The translations under genes and the position numbers were made by a program. Under the pieces are notes generated by a model. The model did no database searches. It saw only the letters and a program-made list of their open reading frames with translations, and was not told the DNA's origin. A stretch of 64,000 nt of DNA from Spongospora subterranea f. sp. subterranea (lineage: Eukaryota), in assembly GCA_049724395.1 (NCBI GenBank), contig JAUGWO010000005.1, forward strand, positions 1 through 64,000. The letters are read 5' to 3'. Positions 52,434-62,990 of this stretch are shown here, piece by piece. Within the stretch, counting starts at the first letter, position 1, and each line of letters starts with the position of its first letter.

Positions 52434-52856
52434 AAAACTTTTCTGAATTAAAGTGGAGGTTGGGTTGTGGTTGATTGCACTATTTGGTCATTGTCTACCG
52501 GCGTGGTCTGCTGGTCACACAGCCACAGGCGACTAGGGGGGTGGACTGGCTGTGCTACCGCTTGTCCAGCGGAGGGTCGTCATAGCGGTAGCACAGGGGC
52601 CCAATCCCACCTTGGGACAGGCGGTGAACAGTAATCCCACGTTGGCTGAGTGGAACAGTCCCAGTGGTATCGACACTACCTCTCTCATATAGCGCCAGTC
52701 CATCCCAATTCCATCCCGCCTCGAACCCAGGCCGGTAAACACGCCCAACGTAGCCGGGGAAATCGAGGCGCAGGCCACATCCGACCCCCATTGCCAGGGG
52801 CGATTCCGGCAGCGGCCGTGTGCAACAAATATATTTTTTAGCCGAATTCGGCGTGG

Positions 52857-53366
52857 ATGCCGAAGGATGGCCCGCTGCATAAAGCGGCCTACAAGGGAGA
52901 GGTTGGCGTCATTGAATCCCTGCTGGAAGAAGGCGAAGACGTTAACGAAAGAGGAGCGGCTAACAGAACGGCACTGCACAGAGCTGTTGGCGAAGGGCAT
53001 TCCGAGGCAGTTTCTCTGCTTATTGAGAAAGGAGCGGATGTCACCATCAAAGACGGCAGCGGCCGAACACCAATGCATTGGGCAGCTGTTGGCGGGAATC
53101 TGGAGACCGCCAAGATACTGGTCAGCCACAGCGCTGAAGTAAATTGCCTCACAAGCAGTGGATCCTCCCCGCTACATTTAGCAGCTGAAGGCGGTAAACT
53201 TGAGTTCTGCCAGTGGCTGTTAGTAAATGGCGCCAACCCTGACCAAAGGGATGGACCTGCTGGCGATGGAATGTCGGCGTTCGAACTGGCGAAAAGTAAA
53301 GGGCATAAGGAGATCGTGTTGTTGTTAAAGCCGCCTGGCGGCGGTGGCTGCTGTAGAATACAATAA
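52857..53366 (+). CDS. Ankyrin-repeat protein with a C-terminal CCRIQ (CaaX-like)
   Basis: Four to five ankyrin repeats (PLHKAA, TALHRAV, TPMHWAA, SPLHLAA). Confidence 0.92.
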   Translation: MPKDGPLHKAAYKGEVGVIESLLEEGEDVNERGAANRTALHRAVGEGHSEAVSLLIEKGADVTIKDGSGRTPMHWAAVGGNLETAKILVSHSAEVNCLTSSGSSPLHLAAEGGKLEFCQWLLVNGANPDQRDGPAGDGMSAFELAKSKGHKEIVLLLKPPGGGGCCRIQ

Positions 53367-53425
53367 ACCCCTTAATCTAAACATAATCAGCTCCCCGACC
53401 TCAACGAACCGAACTAATAATTACT

Positions 53426-54052
53426 TTATATAAACCTTTCTAACGATTGGATCGATTTCCTCCCATCTGGCACCTGAGCCTGGATCCGTTTCGCCTCTTT
53501 GGCATTGCTATAGGCCGTTTTCATGCGATCTCGCTGCAGGTCGAGGCGGCGCTTCTCGAGCAGTTGCTCCAGCTGCGCCTTTGCATTCACTGGTTTCGTC
53601 ACCGAAACTGCACCGGCCGATGCTTTCTTCTTCGGGATGGCTGATATTTTAGGTGGCGCTTCAGCGGCCTCATTGAACATTGGTCGATCGACAAGATCTT
53701 CAGCCTCGTCTCTGTCCAGATATTCAATGCCCTTTTTCCGACGCAGCCGCTCCTTCCTGCGTTCCCTGAACCTCTTTGTACTCTCGCTGGCAGATTTTAC
53801 ATTCGCGAAATCCGTCTTGGCGATCCGTTCATTCGATGTGTCCTGCACGCGCCTCACGAACTGGTAAAAATTCTCGCCCAGTTTCCGAACCAGTGGATCC
53901 TTCTTTGTCGACGTAATTTTTTTACGATCGCTACGAGATTTATCACGATTAGAGGCATTTGCGATCGATTGCTTCAGCCTTCGCAACGATCTTGGCAGCT
54001 TGCCATCAGCCGACGGCGACGCATCCGGTGCCGCCCCTGATTTCTTCGCCAT
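53426..54052 (-). CDS. Basic nucleolar-type protein, CCDC137-like
   Basis: K/R-rich, with GENFYQFVRRV, DRPMFNEAAEAPPKI and LQRDRMKTAY. Confidence 0.65.
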   Translation of the reverse strand: MAKKSGAAPDASPSADGKLPRSLRRLKQSIANASNRDKSRSDRKKITSTKKDPLVRKLGENFYQFVRRVQDTSNERIAKTDFANVKSASESTKRFRERRKERLRRKKGIEYLDRDEAEDLVDRPMFNEAAEAPPKISAIPKKKASAGAVSVTKPVNAKAQLEQLLEKRRLDLQRDRMKTAYSNAKEAKRIQAQVPDGRKSIQSLERFI

Positions 54053-54152
54053 GATCTCTGGTCGCCGACAAAGTCCGCGACGGAGTCCGCATCACCCGAA
54101 AACGGCCCAGGAACCAAGGGAAATCGTCAATCGAAACCTGTATCGATCCGTC

Positions 54153-54439
54153 ATGGGGCGCAGTCTTAAATCGAAACGAGCGAAGCATCTGAACACCCTC
54201 AAACGTGATAAGCTATCGGTGATCATGTCGGAACGCGCCAGAAAGCACCGCGCCGAAGACGCTGAAAACGCCCACAGAAAAATCGGTTCGTTGATTTTTG
54301 CGGTTAAAAGGGGACTTTCGATATTGATCGTTTGTGTGTGTGTGTGTGTGTAGTCCCATCATCAACTGTCAATGGCCGTAACTGGAGGGAATACATCATG
54401 CATCTGAACTCCACCAACCTGGCGCCCAACAAGCTCTGA
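54153..54439 (+). CDS. Small basic protein, LLPH/DUF2423-like N-terminus; two exons
   Basis: MGRSLKSKRAKHLNTLKR; intron 54286-54353 contains a (TG)n run and rejoins in frame. Confidence 0.55.
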
Positions 54440-54510
54440 GACCCGTTGAATACATTTTCCGAATTGCGATTAAATTATTCATTTATTTGGCAAAACCGTG
54501 TCATCAGCTA

Positions 54511-55530
54511 TCAAACAAGAGATCGGTCCGCTGCGAATTGCGAGACGACTCGATGGATTCCATGAACCCATTGGATGATCTCTTCTTGCGATTCAATACC
54601 GAACTGGCGCTGTTTCCCACAGGAGTCGATCTTAATCAGGTTCCCGTCGACCAGCTCAAGTTTCGCGCCGATCAGCAGAATACAGGATCTGGCAGATCCC
54701 AGCGTATACGACGCCTCGTCGTTGTAGATTTCCAGGCAGGTCTGTCTTAGAACCAGGTATCGCCTCTGATCGCGCCCGAATATGCCGAATCGCGATTTCT
54801 TGAACGCAATCCCGGTCATGAACGGGTGTAGAGAACGGTCAAAGACCGGACACATCTCGTTGGCAACCGGCAGGCGCCATTCTCTGTCGTCATCGTTCAA
54901 CACTGCCTCGACTGGAATGTGCTCAGAGACAATCTGTGGCGCAACAACCGTATCTGTTGATAGCATCATCATCGTTGAGGGCTCATTGTCGGCGATTGAT
55001 GGCGATTGACTACAGCGATTGGAATTTTGGTAATGCGGTCGGCCAATCTTGGATAATGCTAATTTCAACGCATCAATATGTTTGTTTGACGCATCGTGCG
55101 CCACATGGTTTGGATACTGGGCGGGGCATGATGTCAAGGACAACGTTTTCCTGTAATCGGTACGATTCGCGCTGCGACTGTGCCAATTCAGGGTGGGTTT
55201 CATCATCGGGCAATTCACCTCTGATCGGGCCGAGCTGCATTTGGACGGGTCGTGGTAAGGATCTCGCATGTGCGATGACAGCGTCCTGCCACGACCGTTG
55301 TCGTACGACCGCGATGGATACGTGGCGTGAGCGGATTCGAAGCCCGATAGGCAGCTCTCCTGGCTGGGTCGTTTCGCATCGCGAATATCTCGATAGGAGT
55401 TGCTACGTCTTCGCCCTCCTGGAAACACGCTGGCCCTAGTGGCGTTGTTATTGGCGTCCCATTCGTTATACCGGGTGAAGGCTAGGCCCGTTGCATCGAC
55501 GCCGTTGCTGACGGATTTGACATGTGTCAT
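54511..55530 (-). CDS. C-terminal PH-domain protein
   Basis: MTGIAFKKSRFGIFGRDQRRYLVL...EEIIQWVHGI. Confidence 0.8.
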   Translation of the reverse strand: MTHVKSVSNGVDATGLAFTRYNEWDANNNATRASVFPGGRRRSNSYRDIRDAKRPSQESCLSGFESAHATYPSRSYDNGRGRTLSSHMRDPYHDPSKCSSARSEVNCPMMKPTLNWHSRSANRTDYRKTLSLTSCPAQYPNHVAHDASNKHIDALKLALSKIGRPHYQNSNRCSQSPSIADNEPSTMMMLSTDTVVAPQIVSEHIPVEAVLNDDDREWRLPVANEMCPVFDRSLHPFMTGIAFKKSRFGIFGRDQRRYLVLRQTCLEIYNDEASYTLGSARSCILLIGAKLELVDGNLIKIDSCGKQRQFGIESQEEIIQWVHGIHRVVSQFAADRSLV

Positions 55531-56848
55531 AAATTAAATAGCCAGAACAATGTTAGAAATATGGGCCAATTGCTCTGGCGTTCGACGATCCAATTTGAGT
55601 CACTCAGCCCTGGTTTCGACCATGAGTCATCAGATTCTTCAGTAAGGACAAATCGCTAAGCCACATAAAGAACAAATACCTCAAGTGTTGCTTACTAGTC
55701 CAGCAGTTCCAGGAACAGGATTCCGAAACCAGCGAAATGATGGGCTACCACTGAAAAATCGTTAGCAAAAATTGGCATAAAAAACGCAAAACAGGCGAGT
55801 TGGGATCAATGCAAAACGAGTAGATCATGTGCGGAGAGGCTGAAAACGAAATATCAAACACGATCGCTTACAGCGTCAAGGCGGCGTCCAGTGGGATTGG
55901 AAAATGCAATTCTTTAAAGCTCGCCTTATGGCAGGCGTTGATGGTTGAATGAACCGTTGGTTGCCGCATCGATGATCGGATATTCACCATCTCCAACCTC
56001 AATGGTGGATTCCTAATCACCTTGAGTTCGCCTTGCTGGGCTGGGATGGACTACCAGCGACGACACGGTTGACGGCTTCAGGTCCTGCTCTGCCGTCCCT
56101 CCAAATCCTAACGGATGCAAGCGATGGAGCAAAACTCGACTTCCGAAGTACAGGCGGCAATGAACTGTACCGAAGGTCGGGTGATGACGAAGCTAAACAC
56201 CTTATCAATGTTGGCATATCGTTATTCGCTGCATTGTTTCACCAATGGTGGCGAAGTCTTTACAAAACGGGATGAGGGCAAGGAATCGCATAAGTGATTG
56301 CGCTCAACACCTTGGTGTTAGGTCTGTGGTACCCATATCAACGATAGGGCCAGAAGGTGGGGAGCACCTTCCGGACAAACAATCATAAGTTCATGAAAAG
56401 GAACTTCGCAAAACGTTGCTCAACCAGTCTGATCCGACTCAATGGTTGGGTGAATTTGGTGGAGCCAGGACTCAATAAAACCCCCAAAACCGATTGGGAC
56501 ACAGAGGAGGAAATTCCATACGGAATACCATTGTGCCAGAACACGTGGATTCCTTACAGACCAGTTGATCTTTTTATCGAAATTGTCCCGTCGTTGACAC
56601 TTTTGCTAAATGAGATTGCCTTCCTTGAACTTTTAGAGCGGGTTATGTTCTCGGAACATGGACACGGGTTTATAACGCGGTCGTCAAACGTATCAGATGT
56701 GGGCGGCGATACCAAAGACGATACGCTAGTCCGTTCTTAACCACAACTCTGGACGCTTCCGTGCTGCTGGCAACAAAGGCAATTTCTGAACGACAATTGT
56801 GAACGTAGAAAAACGTCGAGCAATACTTTTGTATTTTCACAAACGGCG

Positions 56849-57094
56849 CTAGGACGGTCGAAATACGATCTGGTGTATTTGACCTTCGTGCACGATGTAT
56901 TCATCCCGTTGTGTGAGAATTGGCGTCGGCAGGGTCTGTCTATACTTGATCCATTTTGACGCCTCGTACTTGCAATGTGCTTCATTGAGTCTTGAGCAAA
57001 CACCTTGCAGAGGGAATGGACAGCGACAAACACCCCAATCGTTAGCGAACGCGGCCACAATCGCGAGCACATCGTCTGGTAGTTGGACAATCAT
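56849..57094 (-). CDS. Small F-box-like protein, copy 3 (2 aa different from copy 1)
   Basis: MIVQLPDDVLAIVAAF...QIVFRPS. Confidence 0.45.
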   Translation of the reverse strand: MIVQLPDDVLAIVAAFANDWGVCRCPFPLQGVCSRLNEAHCKYEASKWIKYRQTLPTPILTQRDEYIVHEGQIHQIVFRPS

Positions 57095-59006
57095 GTTTGG
57101 GAGATCAATAAGACAATGACCAGCCAGGGTTCAGTTCTGCCTTTGACTGTTTACAGAAATAATGGCCGACCCATGGCCCATGAGATCATCGGTCGACATG
57201 AAACGACTTACCGTAGACCACGGAATAAGACCACAGGATTTTTTCCCATTTGAGGGTCAAACTTCTGTAGTCAAAAAGTGAAATGTGGTGACAATGTGGA
57301 GTCGAAAAATCTGAGATAGACAGTATCAATTTCACAAAAAAAAAATTAGACTTCAATGAACCACAAAACAATCCGCTTTAACAACCCAGACCTTCTCGAA
57401 GCTGCTTGTAACCAAGTTGATTTCCAGGATAGACTGGAGCCATTCAAACTGACGAGACAACAGCATGAATTGTTCTCGAATCATCCGAGGATTTACAAGA
57501 AGACGCGTATCGATGCACAAAAACTGCTTGTGGCCAAGGGAAAATAGGCTCGCCGTGCAGCCTTTGATCTACAGCCACCCAACAAAACTCGGCGACTCGA
57601 CAGTCGCTGGCGCTACTACTACGTTACCGTCATTGTGCCGTTACGTCACGGGTCGAACACATTATCAAGAAGATAAAAGCGCAAAACTCGAAACAAAATG
57701 GAGTACAGACAAGAGGACATTTGGTTATAGTATGTATGGATATCCAGTTCAAATCCATTTACACCGTGTAGAATCATTGGGTGTATATCTGCTTCGTGCA
57801 TAATTGCACCTGATATCAACAGAAGGCGGCGAACGACATTGGTGTTCGAAGCTGGAGGGTCGGATGGAGCAGGGCATGGGGACAATAGTTCAAAATGCCC
57901 TTGAGCGAACACAAATATCTATTGCCCGGGCACAAACGCCATTACGATTGAACACGAGGACAAGACCATTGTTTAAAGACAACCTGACTTTGAATATCAA
58001 TAGACATGGGCATGTCCTGTTAGTTGTAACAACTGTCATTCGCTGGTAACACTGGGTGTGATATGTTGGAGTGACCCGTAACCAGACTGTTACCAGTGTA
58101 GATGATCATTGTAACGGGATAAGACACTCTGTTATATCATCACCAGTCAATGACAATATCATCGTCATTATCATCACAAGATCATATTCACCTATGTCGT
58201 GGCTTTGCAACTCAGACCGACCAGATTCCGCTGATGTCCATGCACCGCTGCCCTGCTCGGCATTATTGCTAATGTGACACCATTTGGTTTCGAATCTGCT
58301 TACAGTTGAGCATGCTTGCATCCATCATGTCTATGATTGCTGATTAGTTACTGAATTTTGTGGTCAGTCATCATTCGGTAAAACCCAGGCTTCTATTACC
58401 ATCGTCTCAACGGGTTAAAAAGACCCTGCCGACGATAATTCTAACACAACAAAAAGAGTATATTGTGTACCAACGTCAAAGTCACCAGATCGTCATTCGA
58501 CCTGAACAAAACATGTTCGACCCAAACCTTTTGGGAAACAGGAGAGGAAATTCCTTACTGACACCATTATGCCAGATCACATTGCTTCCCACAAACCAGC
58601 TGATTGTTTTATCGAGGTTGGCTCCTCGTTGGCAAAGATGTTGCCTCCTTGAGGTTTTAGCGAGACTATCTTCTCGAAACTGGTTCCAATTCCCATATTA
58701 GTTCAAAGGGTAGAAGGATTGGTTTAAAAGGGGTTTCTCCTCTTTGTTTTTATCACGCAATCCATTTCACGTGAATCGCATGAGATTGCTCATAATTCCT
58801 GAGCTTACCCGAATTGCAAAATTGGCCTATAATTTGACCGCCGATATCAAAGTCGTTGCGCTAGTTCCTTCTTATTCATAACTCTGGAATCTTCGTGCCA
58901 CTGGCAACAGAGGAACTTGTTCCCCAGTCATTGACCTCAGACTGAAATACATCTCTCAATAACAACTGTGAGCGTAAAAAAACATTGAGCAAAACTTTAT
59001 AGTTTG

Positions 59007-59264
59007 TCACAAACGACGCCCTGACGGTCGAAAGACGATCTGGTGCTTTTCGCATTGGTACACGATTAACTCATCCCGTTGTGTCAGAATTATCTTCCTC
59101 AGGGTCTTACTATTCTTGATCCATTTTGACGTCTCGTACTGGAGGTGTGCTTTGTTAAGTCTTGAGCAAACACCTTGCAGAGGGAAAGGACATTCGCTAT
59201 CTCCCCAATCGTTGACGAACGCGGCCACAATCGCGAGCACACTGTCTGGTACTTGGTCAATCAT
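59007..59264 (-). CDS. Small F-box-like protein, copy 4 (identical to copy 2)
   Basis: Identical translation to 43636-43956. Confidence 0.45.
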   Translation of the reverse strand: MIDQVPDSVLAIVAAFVNDWGDSECPFPLQGVCSRLNKAHLQYETSKWIKNSKTLRKIILTQRDELIVYQCEKHQIVFRPSGRRL

Positions 59265-60402
59265 GTTGAGGATCAATAAAACAATGACCACCACAGGTAT
59301 CAGTTCTGCCTTTGCCTGTTTACTCAAATAACGACCGACCCATAAGATTATCGGTCGACATTCAACGACTTAGTGGGCTGAGTTGATTGGCCGATTTGCC
59401 ACAAGTTGTTTGTGTGATATAGGTATATCGGTTCCTAAATATCGTTTAGGGGCATCAGTTCAACAGTACAATCGTACCAGATTTCAAGAAGAGAAGGCGG
59501 AGAATTATATTGGTGTTCGAACGCTGGAGGAACGGATGGAACGGAGCGCGGTAGGGAAGGCAATGATTCGAGATGCCTTTTTTTTCAAAGAGGAACCCCT
59601 GACGTGAGCGAACACAAATTCGGATCGCCCGGATAAGTAGAATAAATCTGTCTATCCATACCCTCTCACGAACAACGAATCATTGTTGAAAAGACAATCT
59701 GGCTTTAAAGAGCACAAAAAAACGTGTCCTGTTAGTTGTAACAACAGTTACTCCAGGTGACGATTGTGTCTCACATACATACGGAATCAGTGTCGAGGAT
59801 TAATGTAACGGAATACAACAGTCTGTAACATCATCGTGACCATATCATCGTCATTATCATCACAGGATGATATTCAGCTTGTCGTCGCTTTGCATTTCTG
59901 ATCGACCAGATTGACAAGACCGCTGCTTTCCATGGGCTCGTCGCAACTAAGCCTGGGTATATTTCTATCCTCCCTAGCCATGCTCGCATCCAACATGCCT
60001 GTAATTGCTGTTCTGGTTACTGAATTATGTGGTCAATTATCATTCGGTAAAACCCAGGCCTGGTTATTTTCGCCGTTGACGATTTCGTCTTCACAGGTTA
60101 AACAGACCCTGCAGACGCTAATTCTCACACAACAAGAAGAATACATTGTGTACCAACGCCAAAGGAATCGTATAGTCTTTCGACTTTCACGAAACCTTTT
60201 GGGACACATGAGAGGAAATTTTTACGGAACACCGTTGTCCCAGGCCACGTCGCTTTCTCACAACCCAGCTGACTGTTTTTATTGAAGGTTTCTCCTCGTT
60301 GGCATTTAGATGAAAAAAGTTGCTTCCTCTCGAGAGGCCGCCTTCTCGAGACTAATTCGTATTAGTTCTAAAGGTTGAAGCGAGCAGAACTTTATTGTTT
60401 TT

Positions 60403-60657
60403 TCACAAACGTCGGCCTGACGGCCGAAAGATGATCTGGTGCCTTTGGCGTTGGTACTCGATAACGCCTCCCGTTGTGTGAAAATTTGCGTCGTGTTTCT
60501 TTCTATACTTGATCCATTTTGACGTCTCGTACTTGCAGTGTGCTTTATTGAGTCTTGAGCAAACACCTTGCAGTGGGAAAGGACAGCGGCTATCTCGCCA
60601 ATCGTTGGCGAACGGGGCCACAATCGCGAGCACATCGTCTGATAATTGGTCAATCAT
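60403..60657 (-). CDS. Small F-box-like protein, copy 5, head-to-head with RAD51B
   Basis: MIDQLSDDVLAIVAPF...HQIIFRPSGRRL. Confidence 0.45.
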   Translation of the reverse strand: MIDQLSDDVLAIVAPFANDWRDSRCPFPLQGVCSRLNKAHCKYETSKWIKYRKKHDANFHTTGGVIEYQRQRHQIIFRPSGRRL

Positions 60658-61291
60658 GTTTGGGATCAATAAGACAATGCCCAACCATGTATCAATTTTT
60701 TTTTGACGGTTTACTCAAATAAGGGCCGACCCATGACCCATGAGATGATCGGTCGACATTCAACAACTTACTTGGCTGAGTGCCACAAGATGTGTGTGCA
60801 AGCTTTATATATATTCCGGCCCATAGTATTGTTTTATGGATATTAGGTCAACAGATAGGTATCCGTTACCGTCATGGTGCCGTTACATCATTTGAGTCGA
60901 AGACGTGATCAAACGGTAACAGGGCAAACCTGGGTGTTTAATCGTGCATGATTGCACCAGATATTAAATATAAAGGGAGAAGAACGATATAGTGTTCGAA
61001 AGCTGGAGAAACGGATGGAACAGGGCGCGCAGGCAATATTTTGAAATGCCGGGGTAGTATATAGTCTATCCGCCCGTACATTAAAACAGTTTTACACGCT
61101 ATTTCCAGTTTGCACACGAAAACAAAGCCAAGGCTGAAAAGGTAACTTGGCTTGGCAAAAAAAAACAAGGCATGTGGTGTTAGCAGTAAAAACAGTAACT
61201 CCAGGTGACGCTGGGTCTCACATACCTATGAGAGGAGGCCGTAATCTGTGTCGAGGATTAATGTAATCGGATAAGACCCCCTGTTATCATC

Positions 61292-62447
61292 ATGACCATA
61301 TCATCGTCATTATTATCACAGGATGATATTCAGTTATGTCGCCGCTATGCAATTCAGCCAGACCAAATTGACAAGGCCGCTGCTTTCCACGCGCCGACGC
61401 CCTGCTCGGCATTATCGCTCATGCGAAAGGGCTCGTCTCAACCAGTATGGATTGCGTTATGGCTTCTCGCCGGGGTTTGTTTCGATTCTGCCTAGGTCAT
61501 GCTCGCATCCAACATGCCTGTAATTGCTGGACTAGTCACCGAATTATGTGGTCAATCATCGTCTGGTAAAACCCAAGCTTGTCTTACCATCGCCGTTGAC
61601 ATTTTCGTGGCAACTGGTAAACGGGTAATATATATTGACAGCGAATTGAGCTTTTCAGCAGTTAGGTACGTTTTTGTCTACAGGAATAATTTCTGCTGAG
61701 AGCCGTGAATTAGATTACTCCAGATTGGAGCTGCTCGATATCCCGAAAAACTGCAATGTCCAAGCAAATTGACTGAATTATCATCATCTATTATAGTAAT
61801 CCAATCAATGGACCCCGCCAAGGTTATGGACATGTATGTGATGACGTTTTCCGCGACTCTTTTTTCATATCATCGCAGTCTGAAGAGACTGGAAGAGGAC
61901 GTTGTGAAACATAATGTTGGCGCTATCATAATCGATTCAATACCTGCCATCTGTCGGTCGGATGCGTGGGAACATCAACAGAAATACGAATACCTGGGCA
62001 ATTTGGCAATGCAGATCAAATACGTTGCTGGTACGTATAATATTTTATGTGTGACCACTAATCAGGTAGAACTCGTTTTACATTGTCACTATCCATACAA
62101 ACGCCGTCTGTCAAAAGGTGAACGAACAGTTTCGTTATGAAGCTGGCCATGCAACTCCCGGAAGCACTACTTTTCCTGCACTTGGTTCGTAATGTTGCGA
62201 CATGACGGTGGGTTTATCCAAGATTCTGAGGAGAGTCGTCAGGATTGCAGTGGAACCACTCCGCCAATGTGCGATATCTTCTCAGCTTTGACGTTCATTG
62301 TCAGAGGGTTGTATCTATTCTCAAATCCCCGTTCTCCAATTCCATCACAGTGCCATTCCAGGTGCTGGCATCATCACTCTATTTGCTCTGTTGATAACTT
62401 ACGCTGTTCAGATTACAGAATCCGGGTTTATTGCCGTTCCATGTTAA
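61292..62447 (+). CDS. RAD51B: RAD51 paralog, most like RAD51B
   Basis: VTELCGQSSSGKTQ (Walker A), VIYIDSELSFSAVR, LQIGAARYPE, IIIDSI (Walker B), VTTNQ, FPALG..WNHSANVR and LKSP. The paralog assignment is by resemblance only. Confidence 0.75.
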
Positions 62448-62449
62448 CA

Positions 62450-62961
62450 ATGTTCCGCCACTCCCGTGTCCCGCGGTATTCCTTCAGCGGAGAAGGTGTT
62501 GGACTCGTAATAAACTCTGTGGAATTGGGCTTATGCGCTTACTAAGAAATGCTGAGCTAAATGGAGTGTGCGAAGAAATACAGTTCGCCTGTTCCAGATA
62601 TAGCATCATCGATACTGATAGGGAGTCTTCTGGCCTAGCGGCGGTTATCAAAGTTGAGCTGATTGGTGACGAAGTCCCTGTTTATATTGGGGCCATCCCC
62701 CCAGCTGGGTATCAGGTACATCAAATCATGATAAGAGTTGTCCGTTAATCAAGTGCAATGGTACAGGTGATTTATATCACTGATCATATTCATTCTAGCC
62801 ATCAGCCCAAATTTTCATTAGGAAGCTCGATTTACGAATCTGTAACAAGCTTATTGACTGCTGAGAGTGGCACCTTTAGGGACCTGTTCAACCAACATTT
62901 GCAGCGCCAGTTATTGGCACTCACAGAAAAACAATGCACGAGCGACTTTGATGCAAGTTGA
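62450..62961 (+). CDS. GSKIP/DUF727-like small protein
   Basis: IYESVTSLLTAESGTFRDLFNQHLQRQL; start uncertain. Confidence 0.55.
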
Positions 62962-62990
62962 TGCACATATGTCAAGATACATAAATTTAT

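Larger units (their letters stand above)
57359..60865. repeat. Right arm of the large inverted duplication; itself two tandem units of RAD51B-fragment + F-box-like ORF
   Basis: Mirror of 41880-45670, with RAD51B fragments at about 58010-58405 and 59725-60080. Confidence 0.93.

Noticed and set aside
52538..52706. Loose cobalamin-riboswitch-like words in the structured region
   Set aside because: The motifs are partial and split between strands; the region is kept only as an unassigned structure.
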